DNA of 64,000 bases from Patescibacteria group bacterium (GTDB taxonomy: Bacteria > Patescibacteriota > Patescibacteriia > Patescibacteriales > JAQTRU01): NCBI GenBank assembly GCA_028711655.1, contig JAQTRU010000001.1, positions 6,648 through 70,647 on the forward strand, read 5' to 3'. Below, in pieces: positions 1 to 9,023 of the stretch. The translations under genes were made by a program, and so were the position numbers. A model generated the notes under the pieces. The model made no database searches. It was given only the letters and a program-made list of their open reading frames with translations, and was not told the origin of the DNA. Numbering within the stretch: the first letter of the stretch is position 1; the number at the start of each line of letters is the position of its first letter.

Positions 1-139
1 CTAAGCTCTAAATCCTAAACAAATTCTAAATTCAAATTATCAAAATTCAAAACTTCATATTTTGATAGCTGTTTGGGATATTTGGATTTTGGTAATTTGG
101 TATTGTTTAGGATTTAGAGTTTCGGATTTCGGATTTATA

Positions 140-2131
140 CTAAGGGCATTCGCTCCCCGCTGTTGGCGCGCCGGCGCAACAGGAAGGATTGCCGGCGCAG
201 CCCGGCCCCGAGCTCGGCTTAAAACAATTCTGATTTATGTCTTTTACCCCGGAACCGACTTGCGCCCGATACCTAGTTGAATCATTAAAGGTGGAGTGCC
301 TTATTTCCACCCTTGTCCCGTCCGGGTCGCCATCATCATTATTATCTATATTATTTTTCGCTATCCAATATCCCGGCAATTCCGGATCCGGTTCAGGAGG
401 AGAGAGGGTGGATTTTGCAGAAATTAGATTAATCAACTTATGTTCAATATCGTCTCTGCCATTATTTATTATTATACTGCCCGTTCTCAAGCTGGAAGAC
501 ATCATCGCTTTGTTAAAATCTATTAAAATCGGCTTGGCCAAATGAGCGCCGGTAGCCCCCTGACTAAGGAGCCGCTCTTCTCCGAACGAATTTTCCTGGG
601 AAGTGGCGGTAATTTCCGGCGGGCTTAAATCAACTATCTCACTAATGGAAAAAAGCCATTGATAATTATCGCCGGCAAGGGGATTGGGGCTGTTTTCATT
701 ATAAAAACTGGCTGGGCCGTCAGCATCTCCGTCTCGATTGCCATCCAGGGAATTGAAAGCCATGTCAGCCACCCCGGCCAGGGGAAGCAGGGATAGGGGA
801 TAATTCTTCCCCTCCCCATCCTGACAATGGCTGTTAGCGCATGTATTGTAAGGGCTGCGGCTGGCGCAATTATCAGCTCCGCAATCAGCCAAAACCGCCG
901 CTTTTATTTCTACTTTTATCTGGCTGTCTCCGGGCAGGCAGTAAATTTTTTCTCCGCAGCCGTTAACTCCGCATTGAATATCGCTTATAAACTCTATGGT
1001 TTTGTATTGATTGGAAATATTAAATTTCCCTTTAAGGCAGGTATCGGCTCCGCAGGAAAAATACCCATCGTTAGCCGGATTGCAATCAACTCCGCCTACG
1101 CATTTTACCGCTATCTGGCCGCTTACCTCTTCCGCGTTGCCGGAAACGGTTAAGGGGTTGATGGCTTCGTTAAAATTTATCTGAATAACAGAGTTTCTCG
1201 GCTTAGTACTGCCCGGCTTGGGCAAAATTCCCCCTTTATCCGCCGCTCTTACTTGCGGTGGGGTTAAATCAAGTTTTTCGCTCACTTTAAACTGCCACTC
1301 CAAATAGTCTCGGCTGCAAGAACTAAAAACATTGCCCCCGTCCGACTTTTTTATGTCATTGCTTAAATAAACCGTATACCAAACGCTTTCCGAAGGAGAA
1401 CCAAGATAAGCTTTCGGGGAAAAAACAAAAACCTTGTTGTCCTTTGTAATAACATTAATTCCGGTAATAATGCTGTTTGGATCGCTAGTTTTGAATAATT
1501 TGACATGGTTGTCCGAAGGGACGCTTTCTTTTTTAATCTCATCGCCGGCATCGCAAAAAACTCCGTTATTATTGGTGTCATCACAAATGGTTTTGGGGTC
1601 AATTTCTTCCCTGAAACTTACTATAATGGAAGTGTTTCTTGGCACCTCCTGCTGGCTGGGTTCAGGATAAACGCTTTCTACCGAGCAGGAGCCCAAAACG
1701 CCGATGCCGCCGCCAGCGCCCCCGCTCGGGCCGCCGCCAGCGCCCCCGCTCGGGCCGCCAAAAGTCGCTCCCATCAATCTGTTTAAAACAAAACTGGCAA
1801 TGGCAAAAGAGGACAAAATAATTACCAAACCGATAATAGCGTTTTTCAAAATATTCTTGGCTTTGGCAATTTTTTCTTCGTTGCCTTCGGAAACCATCCA
1901 CATCCAGCCGGCGTACATAATCAAACAAACCGCTATAATTCCCAAGAATCCCAAAGCCGCTTGAATAACCCGGGCGATTATAATGCGCGGGTCATCTCCG
2001 CTTAACCCGATTTGCTCTCCGTATTCCATTCCTAAATCGGCCTGGGCGTAAACAAAATCAGCTATCACAAAACTAGCTATAGCTAAAAACATTACTATAA
2101 TTATTAAATTTTTTTTGGATTTAAACACCAT
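140..2131 (-). CDS. Secreted/surface protein: signal peptide, two-TM TrbC/VirB2-pilin-like N-terminal module, tandem GGPSGGAGG linker, long Cys/Asp/Gly/Asn-rich extracellular C-terminal region
   Basis: 663-aa ORF. N-terminus MVFKSKKNLIIIVMFLAIASFVIADFVYA (signal peptide) then two hydrophobic helices separated by EGNEEKIAKAKN, which is the T4SS pilin-like fold. Exact 27-bp tandem duplicate at ~1700-1760 encodes GGPSGGAGG twice. More than 30 Cys in the C-terminal half. Confidence 0.6.
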   Translation of the reverse strand: MVFKSKKNLIIIVMFLAIASFVIADFVYAQADLGMEYGEQIGLSGDDPRIIIARVIQAALGFLGIIAVCLIMYAGWMWMVSEGNEEKIAKAKNILKNAIIGLVIILSSFAIASFVLNRLMGATFGGPSGGAGGGPSGGAGGGIGVLGSCSVESVYPEPSQQEVPRNTSIIVSFREEIDPKTICDDTNNNGVFCDAGDEIKKESVPSDNHVKLFKTSDPNSIITGINVITKDNKVFVFSPKAYLGSPSESVWYTVYLSNDIKKSDGGNVFSSCSRDYLEWQFKVSEKLDLTPPQVRAADKGGILPKPGSTKPRNSVIQINFNEAINPLTVSGNAEEVSGQIAVKCVGGVDCNPANDGYFSCGADTCLKGKFNISNQYKTIEFISDIQCGVNGCGEKIYCLPGDSQIKVEIKAAVLADCGADNCASRSPYNTCANSHCQDGEGKNYPLSLLPLAGVADMAFNSLDGNRDGDADGPASFYNENSPNPLAGDNYQWLFSISEIVDLSPPEITATSQENSFGEERLLSQGATGAHLAKPILIDFNKAMMSSSLRTGSIIINNGRDDIEHKLINLISAKSTLSPPEPDPELPGYWIAKNNIDNNDDGDPDGTRVEIRHSTFNDSTRYRAQVGSGVKDINQNCFKPSSGPGCAGNPSCCAGAPTAGSECP

Positions 2132-2529
2132 TTTGTAAAATTTCTAATTTCTCCCGCCACTTTATTATATTCATGGCGGACGGGATCCTCCGCCTCTGGC
2201 GGGGTGATAATTCACCCCGGTAGTAAAAACCTTGTTTCACTGCGGGGCAGACCTAATTTCTAAAAAATGTCTAATTCCTGAATTTCTAATGTCAAAAATG
2301 TTTCTAATTTGGAAATTAGACATTTGGACATTTGAATTTTTACCTGCCCGCTAGCCTACGGCAGCTAGGTAGGCGGGTTAGAAATTAGAAATTGGGTCAA
2401 TTAGGAATTTTTTATATTATCTTGTTATTTTATTATTTTATTATTTTATTATTTCCGCCGCGTTGACTATTCCCCTCTTTTGTTATTTAATACTATTATA
2501 ACATAAATAAAAGCCAGAGGGCAAACAAA

Positions 2530-3986
2530 ATGACAATTGAACAAATAGTAAAAAAAATTAAAGAAAATAATCCCAAAGCGGATACGGACATGCTGAAACT
2601 GGCATATGATTTTGCCATGAAGGCCCATGGCGAACAAAAAAGGAAGACGGGGGAACCATATATCCAGCACTGCCTGCATACAGCCTTTGTTTTGGCGCAA
2701 ATTAAGGCGGATTTAAATACAGTCATCGCCGGCATCCTCCATGATATTCCCGAGGATACCGATTATACTCTGGAGGATATAAAAAACAATTTCGGAGAAG
2801 AAACCGCTTATTTGGTTGAGGGAATCACCAAATTAAGCAAAATAAAATATCGCGGCATTGAAAGATACCGGGAAAGTTTAAGAAAAATGTTCCTATCCAT
2901 GGCAAGCGACTTAAGGATTATTATAATTAAATTTGCTGACCGTCTCCACAACTTAAGGACCTTGGAAGGGCTGCCGCCGGAAAAACGCCTGCGTATCGCC
3001 AAGGAAACCCTGGAAATTTACGCTCCCATTGCCGGACTTCTGGGAATCTGGAGTTTGAAATGGCAGATGGAAGACATTTGTTTTAAGCATCTTTACCCGG
3101 AAGAATATAAAAAAATAGAGTATAAATACGAAGTGGAAAAGAAGGTTGAACATACCCAATATATCCAAAGGATAAAAAATATTTTAAAGAAAAATTTTGA
3201 AGAAGCCGGCATTAAATATAAAATAGAAAGCCGATTTAAACACCTTTACAGTATTTACCAAAAAATGCAGAAAAAAGACAGGCAATTTAATGAAATTTAT
3301 GATGTTTTCGCCCTCCGGGTTATTGTGCCAAACGTTAATGATTGTTATAAAGTCTTGGGAATCATCCATACTCTTTGGAAGCCAAAAGCCAACCGCTTTA
3401 AGGATTATATCGCCTCGCCAAAACCTAATGGCTACAAAAGCCTGCACACCACCGTCTTTGGTCTGGAAGAAAAAGCCATTGAATTTCAAATCAGAACCAA
3501 AGAAATGAATGACGAAGCCCTTTACGGTCTCGCCGCCCATTGGTATTACAAACAAAAAAGGGGCGGCAAAGAGGAAAACCGCTTTATTGGTTCAGAGAAA
3601 TCTTAGATATCCAGCGGGAAGCTGAGGATACGAATGACTTCGTAAAAAAAATAAAATTTGACATCTTCGGCAACAGAATTTTCGTTTTTTCTCCCAAGGG
3701 CGATGTTTTTGAACTTCCGGAAGGATCTACGCCGATTGATTACGCTTACGCTGTCCACACCGAAATCGGCAATAAGGCAACCAGGGCCCTGGTTAACGAT
3801 AAAATAGCCGATTTGGATAAAGAATTAAAAAGCGGGGATCTGGTGGAAATTATCATAGATAAAAACCGCCCGGGACCAAACCGGGCCTGGCTAAAATTTG
3901 TTAAAACCGCCAACGCCCGCAACCGGATAAAACATTATTCCAAGACACCCATGGAAAACTTTAAAAATTTTTTTCCAAAATTTTAG
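2530..3986 (+). pseudogene. rel: RelA/SpoT-family (p)ppGpp synthetase/hydrolase (HD, synthetase, TGS), interrupted by a frameshift in an A6 run (~3554-3559)
   Basis: ORF 2530..3606 has the HD motif HDIPEDT and the synthetase domain. ORF 3540..3986 in another frame continues with a TGS domain (VFSPKGDVFELPEGSTPIDYAYAVHTEIG). The overlap contains the homopolymer caaaaaag. Confidence 0.7.
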
Positions 3987-3992
3987 AATGAC

Positions 3993-4026
3993 AAAAACCC
4001 CGCCCTTCACGAAGGGCGGGGTTTTA
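3993..4026. terminator. Bidirectional rho-independent terminator between convergent rel and yqeY
   Basis: aaaaaCCCCGCCCttcacgaaGGGCGGGGtttt, perfect GC stem flanked by A and T runs. Confidence 0.7.
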
Positions 4027-4037
4027 TTTTATACGAA

Positions 4038-4517
4038 TTATTTTTTGCTTTCAGCTAAAACTTTTTTAACCGCTTCGCTCGCTTTATTGCCATCGGCTTG
4101 GCCTTTAACCCTGGCCATAACCTGCCCCATAATTTTCCCAAAATCATTTTCGCTCGCTTCCTCCAAAGAATTTATGGTTTCTTTGACAATTTTCTCCAAT
4201 TCTTCATCGCTTATCTGGGGCGGCATGTATAATTCCAATATTTCTTCTTCCTTTTTTTCCTTGTCGGCTAAGTCTTGCCGGCCGCCGGCTTTATAGGCCT
4301 CAACTGAATCTTTGCGTTTTTTTATTTCGGATTTTACAACTTCGATAATCTGTTCATCAGCCAATTTTATTTCTTCGCCCTTGCGCAGGGATATTTCTTT
4401 GTTCCGAATAGCGCTAATAAGCATACGCAAAACGGAAACGGCTATCTCGTTTTTTTCCTGCATGGCCATTTTCAGGTCTCCGTTAATTTTTTCCGATAAA
4501 TTTGGCATAAAAATCAC
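4038..4517 (-). CDS. yqeY: GatB/YqeY domain protein
   Basis: 159 aa, Glu/Lys-rich helical protein with a YqeY-like sequence pattern. Confidence 0.6.
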   Translation of the reverse strand: MIFMPNLSEKINGDLKMAMQEKNEIAVSVLRMLISAIRNKEISLRKGEEIKLADEQIIEVVKSEIKKRKDSVEAYKAGGRQDLADKEKKEEEILELYMPPQISDEELEKIVKETINSLEEASENDFGKIMGQVMARVKGQADGNKASEAVKKVLAESKK

Positions 4518-4528
4518 GCTTAGATAAA

Positions 4529-4768
4529 CTATCGCTTTCTCTTGAAATTATCCTCAACCAGTTTTCCTGTTTTTCTCAAATATTCTTTTTCTTTCCTTAA
4601 GCGCAAACTCGTCAAAGCATACTCTTTCTGTTGCCTTTTGTTCTTCTTCGGTTCCCGATGTTGCTTCTGGCGAGCCACATAAAGCCTTCCGCTCTGTTTC
4701 AGGGCCTTATTGAATCTTCTTAAAAAACCCTCAAAACTTTCACCCTTTTTCCTTTTGAATTCAGCCAC
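4529..4768 (-). CDS. rpsU: 30S ribosomal protein S21
   Basis: VAEFKRKKGESFEGFLRRFNKALKQSGRLYVARQKQHREPKKNKRQQK matches S21. GTG start at 4768 with SD GGAGGTG. The annotated ORF extends upstream spuriously. Confidence 0.8.
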   Translation of the reverse strand: MAEFKRKKGESFEGFLRRFNKALKQSGRLYVARQKQHREPKKNKRQQKEYALTSLRLRKEKEYLRKTGKLVEDNFKRKR

Positions 4769-4787
4769 CTTACACCTCCGTTCTAGC

Positions 4788-4808
4788 CCCGCCTTCAAGA
4801 AGGGCGGG
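4788..4808. terminator. Terminator hairpin after hisS; sequence-related to the 3993-4026 hairpin
   Basis: CCCGCCttcaagaaGGGCGGG. Confidence 0.5.
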
Positions 4809-4891
4809 ATTAATATATTTAATATTATTATAGCGCTTGCGCCTTCCCGCTGTTTCAATTAGCTTCTAAAAAGAAGCGCAAGCAATGATTA

Positions 4892-6259
4892 TTATTTTTC
4901 TTTATTTAAATTCAACTTTTTTTCTATTTCTTCTTTTATTTTTTTCTGGGTGATAACCTCCTGAATCCCGGAATCCATATCCCTGAATAAAATGGTCCCG
5001 TCCATAACTTCTTTCTGCCCCAAAATAAGGCTAAATTTCGCCCCTATCCGATTAGCTTCTTCTAATTGGACTTTTAGGCTGTCCTTGGTGAAAGCTTGCC
5101 GAATTTTAAATCCGGCCCGGCGCAACTCTTCAAATAAAACAAAAGCTTTGCGCTTGGCCTGCTCCCCTAACTGGGCTAAAAATATTAGATCCCCTTCCTC
5201 GCTTTTCAGGGGGATATTTTTTTCCCTTATTCTGGTTATCGTTCTTTCTATCCCCACGGCAAATCCGCAAGCCGGTGTCGGCCGACCGCCCATATATTTT
5301 ACCAGGCCGTCATACCGACCGCCGCCGCCCAAGGCTAGTTTGCTCGGCATCGCCCCGCCTTCTTCAACCGCCCAAATTTCAAATACGGTCCGGTTATAAT
5401 AATCCAACCCCCTTACCAAATAAGGGTTCAGATTGTAATTAATATCCAATTCGTCCAAATATTCCAAAACTTTAATAAAATGCTCCCGGCAACTGTCGCA
5501 TAAATAATCCACTATCTGCGGAGCTTCTTCCCTGGCTTCCAAACATTTTTCTTCTTTGCAATCAAGGAGCCGCAAGGGATTTTTTATTATTCTCTTCTTG
5601 CAATCGCCGCACAATTTAGACCGTCGCCCCCTCTCTTTGTAAAATTCAAGGAGTTTGGCCAAATATTCTTTGCGGCATTCTTCGCACCCAATGCTATTAA
5701 TCTGAATTTGGGCGTTAATCTGCAGTTCGCAGAAAAAATTATAAGCCAGTAGAATTAATAAAACATCAGCTACCGGCGCCTCTTCGCCGAATATTTCCAA
5801 ATTAAATTGAAATGACTGCCGATACCGGCCGGCTTGCGGTTTCTCATGCCTGAAAATAGGACCCAGCCAAAACATCTTAACCGGCTGGGGCAGGTTAAAC
5901 ATGCCATGCTCAATATAAGACCTCACTAAAGAAGGGGTGGCTTCCGGGCGCAAAGAAATTTTTTCTCCGTTTTTGTCAACAAAGGTATACATCTCCTTGG
6001 TGACGATGTCGCTGCTTCTGCCGCTTGATCTTTCATATAATTTTGTGTTTTCCAAAACCGGAGTTTCAATTCTTTTGAAACCATAAGCTCGCGCCAATTC
6101 CGTCGCTTTCTTTGTCACCAAATCCCAGTATCTGTATTCGTCAAACAAAACATCTTTCATTCCTTTTAAGCGGGAAAATGCGAAACCGCCGCTTTTCTCT
6201 TTTTCTTTTACTCTCCTGATTTTTGGCTTTTGATTTTTTGTGTTTTTTCTTCTCAGCAT
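4892..6259 (-). CDS. hisS: Histidyl-tRNA synthetase (class II); start may be the internal Met at ~6160
   Basis: Motifs RGLDYYNRTVFEIW and GGGGRYDGL. The N-terminal 33 aa is Lys/Arg-rich and may not be translated. Confidence 0.85.
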   Translation of the reverse strand: MLRRKNTKNQKPKIRRVKEKEKSGGFAFSRLKGMKDVLFDEYRYWDLVTKKATELARAYGFKRIETPVLENTKLYERSSGRSSDIVTKEMYTFVDKNGEKISLRPEATPSLVRSYIEHGMFNLPQPVKMFWLGPIFRHEKPQAGRYRQSFQFNLEIFGEEAPVADVLLILLAYNFFCELQINAQIQINSIGCEECRKEYLAKLLEFYKERGRRSKLCGDCKKRIIKNPLRLLDCKEEKCLEAREEAPQIVDYLCDSCREHFIKVLEYLDELDINYNLNPYLVRGLDYYNRTVFEIWAVEEGGAMPSKLALGGGGRYDGLVKYMGGRPTPACGFAVGIERTITRIREKNIPLKSEEGDLIFLAQLGEQAKRKAFVLFEELRRAGFKIRQAFTKDSLKVQLEEANRIGAKFSLILGQKEVMDGTILFRDMDSGIQEVITQKKIKEEIEKKLNLNKEK

Positions 6260-6260
6260 A

Positions 6261-6824
6261 TTAATATTGGTATTCAGGCAATTTAAACAGGCTGATCCGG
6301 CTAAAAGGCCAGCCGCGGAGCAACACCCGCCCGGTTAAAAAACTTCGGTTGACCGGACCGAAACTGCGGGAATCTTTTGAGGAATTGCGATTATCTCCTA
6401 GAACAAAATATTCTTTCTCGCCCAAACTTACTATATCCTCTGATAAGCTATAGGTTTTGGTCCCGCTGGCCAAATACGGTTCGTCCAAAATAAAACTATT
6501 TAAATCGCTATCATTGGCAATATGAACCTGCCCGTCTTTTATCTGAATTTTTTCGCCGGGCAAAGCAACAATTCTTTTTATAAAATACTCCTGCGGATTT
6601 TTCGGATAACGGAAAACTATAATATCTCCCCGGGTAGGTTCTCTGAATCTATAACTAATTTCATCAATAATTAAATATTCATGATCATAAAAATTAGGCT
6701 CCATAGAAGCGCCTTTGACATAAAACGGCTGGACTAAAAAGTACCTGATTGGAATTATAATTACCAAAGATATAACGATGATTTTGACTAATTCAAAGAC
6801 AAAACTAAAAAAACTCCTTAACAT
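6261..6824 (-). CDS. lepB: Signal peptidase I (S26)
   Basis: GASMEPNF ... GDNRNSSKDSRSFGPV. Confidence 0.85.
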   Translation of the reverse strand: MLRSFFSFVFELVKIIVISLVIIIPIRYFLVQPFYVKGASMEPNFYDHEYLIIDEISYRFREPTRGDIIVFRYPKNPQEYFIKRIVALPGEKIQIKDGQVHIANDSDLNSFILDEPYLASGTKTYSLSEDIVSLGEKEYFVLGDNRNSSKDSRSFGPVNRSFLTGRVLLRGWPFSRISLFKLPEYQY

Positions 6825-6835
6825 TTAATTTAAAA

Positions 6836-6940
6836 ATAATAAAATAATAAAATAATATAAAAATTTAAGAGAAAAATCTATTATATAGATTTCTAGGTTA
6901 TTTTATTTCTATATTATTTTATTATTTTATTTCTACAACA
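6836..6940. repeat. Inverted arrays of the word aataaaat / attttatt flanking the lepB upstream region
   Basis: aataataaaataataaaataata ... tattattttattattttatttc. Confidence 0.7.
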
Positions 6941-6965
6941 ACTATAACACTAAGCGAAAAAAAAA

Positions 6966-8090
6966 TCAAATTTCGGGCCTACGCGGACTATCATAGATAA
7001 ACATCGCGTCTCCATAGCTATAAAACCGGTATTTCCTTTTTATGGCCTCACTATAAGCTTTATCAATATTTTTCTTTCCGGCCAAAGCGCAAACCAGCAT
7101 TAAAAGGGTGGATTTGGGCAGATGAAAATTGGTAATCAGGCCATCAACAATCTTAAATTTATAGCCAGGATAAATGAAAATATCCGTCCAACCGGAATAA
7201 TCGCGTATCGCATAACGCATATCGCATAACGAATTTGAAGTTTGTAATTTATTTGCGATATGCGATTTGCGACTAGCGATATGCGAAAAAATCGTTTCCA
7301 GCGCCCTCGCGCTCGTTGTCCCTACCGCTATCACTCTTCTGCCTTCAGATTTGGCCAAAAAAATTCTAGCGATAGTTTTTTTATCTACTTCCGCCCACTC
7401 CGCATGCATTTTGTGTTTTTTTATATTATTAACCTTAACGGGCGCAAAAGTTCCCAAGCCAACATGAAGAGTCACATATTCTATATGTACGCCTTTTTTC
7501 TCCAATTTCTTTAACAAGGCCGGGGTAAAATGAAAACCGGCGGTCGGGGCGGCTACGGATCCTGTTTTTTTTTCGCTGGCGTAAACCGTCTGATAATTCA
7601 TGTCGTCAGATTTCTGTTTTTTATCTCTTTTTATATAGGGAGGCAGGGGCATCAATCCGATTTTATTTACGATTTTTACAAATTCTTTTTTATTTTTATT
7701 AAATTTTAATTCCCAGGTTCCATTTTGATTATTTTTTATAATTTTAGCTTCCATTTTTTTCTTAAATTCAATTTCTAGACCGACTCTCGCTCCCCGCCCG
7801 CCGATCAAGCATTGCCAAATCGCCGACGAATTTTTTTTCAAAAGAAAAACCTCAATTTTTCCTCCCGTATCTTTTTTCCTTCCAAATAATCTCGCCGGCA
7901 TTACCTTGGAATTATTAAGGACGAGAACATCGCCTGGCCGAAAACAATCAACAATATTATAAAAATGGTCATGTTTTATTTCTCCTGTTTTTTTTGATAA
8001 TAAAAGAAGCCGCGAGCGGTCTCGCGGTTTAACAGGCTTTTGGGCAATTAAATTTTTCGGCAGAAGGTAGTCAAAATCTTTTAACTTCAT
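6966..8090 (-). CDS. queA: S-adenosylmethionine:tRNA ribosyltransferase-isomerase
   Basis: MKLKDFDYLLPKNLIAQKP ... GWTDIFIYPGYKFKIVDGLITNFHLPKSTLLML. Contains an in-frame palindromic insertion (see 7203-7290). Confidence 0.85.
   Translation of the reverse strand: MKLKDFDYLLPKNLIAQKPVKPRDRSRLLLLSKKTGEIKHDHFYNIVDCFRPGDVLVLNNSKVMPARLFGRKKDTGGKIEVFLLKKNSSAIWQCLIGGRGARVGLEIEFKKKMEAKIIKNNQNGTWELKFNKNKKEFVKIVNKIGLMPLPPYIKRDKKQKSDDMNYQTVYASEKKTGSVAAPTAGFHFTPALLKKLEKKGVHIEYVTLHVGLGTFAPVKVNNIKKHKMHAEWAEVDKKTIARIFLAKSEGRRVIAVGTTSARALETIFSHIASRKSHIANKLQTSNSLCDMRYAIRDYSGWTDIFIYPGYKFKIVDGLITNFHLPKSTLLMLVCALAGKKNIDKAYSEAIKRKYRFYSYGDAMFIYDSPRRPEI
7203..7290. repeat. Palindromic array of the cgcata word inside the queA coding sequence (in frame)
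   Basis: cgcgtatcgcataacgcatatcgcataacg-(loop)-gcgatatgcgatttgcgactagcgatatgcg, translated as ...SHIANKLQTSNSLCDMRYAIRD. Confidence 0.7.
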
Positions 8091-8091
8091 A

Positions 8092-8634
8092 TCAAATATG
8101 ATGAGCAACTTTACACTTTTCCACTAACTTAATAATAACATCCCTTACTTGATCCGGATTCGGAACCTCATGGAAAAAAAATCTTTCTTTAGCCCCGGCT
8201 GTTTGCACATAAACATTGCCGTATTTTAAAATAGTCGGGAAAAATCCCTTGGTTTCGCTGGTAACGTCCTGAACCCGGTCTAGTCTCTGTTCAGAAATTG
8301 TCCGGGCGAAAAACCCCTGTTGTTCTATATTAATAATTCTCTCGCTGGTTATTATCCAAATATCCAGATAATAATCAATAAAAGAAAAAAAGAAAAACAC
8401 CCAAAGAAATAGATAATAAAAGCTTACTATTAAAAGAAAAATGGGATGGGAAATCTGCCCATAAAGAATGTCCGGATAAATAGAAGTAACTACCAAATAA
8501 AAAAGTACCAAGGGCAGAACTAAGAGCAAAATAAAAAATAAAATTTTTTTTATAAGAATAAAAACATCCCGCCTTAGCACTTTTATAATTTTTTCATCGG
8601 GAAGTTTTCCCGGCAAACGGTAAAGTAAAAGCAT
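8092..8634 (-). CDS. Membrane protein with bacterial PH (bPH_2/YdbS-like) domain
   Basis: Two N-terminal TM helices, then a PH-like domain (ERIINIEQQGFFARTISEQRLDRVQDV). Confidence 0.55.
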   Translation of the reverse strand: MLLLYRLPGKLPDEKIIKVLRRDVFILIKKILFFILLLVLPLVLFYLVVTSIYPDILYGQISHPIFLLIVSFYYLFLWVFFFFSFIDYYLDIWIITSERIINIEQQGFFARTISEQRLDRVQDVTSETKGFFPTILKYGNVYVQTAGAKERFFFHEVPNPDQVRDVIIKLVEKCKVAHHI

Positions 8635-8641
8635 AGGCTAC

Positions 8642-8896
8642 TTAAAAAGAAAATTCTAAATCTAGCAAGTCCCCAAAAATAGTAACATTCATTTGCCAAT
8701 CAATTTGGCTCAAATATTTATAAGAAAATAAAAGCATAAGAATGGAAATGGCGATATAAATAAAAATCGTGAAAAAAGTGGTAAAATTTAAAAAGCCGTA
8801 TTTAAACATATGGTAAATCGCGATAAAACTAAATATCAGCCAGCCCAAAAGAAAGATAAGATAAATTATTAAAAAAATGTATAAAGGGAAAGTCAT
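8642..8896 (-). CDS. Small multi-TM membrane protein, hypothetical; likely start at MTFPLYIF
   Basis: The ORF N-terminus MKISNFITFNFITFNFITFN is a translation of the upstream tandem repeat. Confidence 0.4.
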   Translation of the reverse strand: MTFPLYIFLIIYLIFLLGWLIFSFIAIYHMFKYGFLNFTTFFTIFIYIAISILMLLFSYKYLSQIDWQMNVTIFGDLLDLEFSF

Positions 8897-8995
8897 ACGG
8901 GAGTTAAAAGTTATAAAGTTAAAAGTTATAAAGTTAAAAGTTATAAAGTTACTAATTTTCAAATACTTTATAACTTTATGGACTTTATAAACTTT
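8884..8995. repeat. Palindromic array of the word aagttataaagtt; same family as 36885-36962
   Basis: gttataaagttaaaag x3, then inverted ctttataactttatggactttataaacttt. Confidence 0.75.
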
Positions 8996-9023
8996 CCAAC
9001 TAATCTGCTAATTTAATATAACT

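Noticed and set aside
62-1964. Several 60-108-aa plus-strand ORFs (62..280, 237..545, 827..1153, 1434..1670, 1505..1786, 1639..1821, 1704..1964)
   Set aside because: All are antisense to or overlap the 663-aa pilin-like gene; several are translations of the GGPSGGAGG tandem repeat in other frames.
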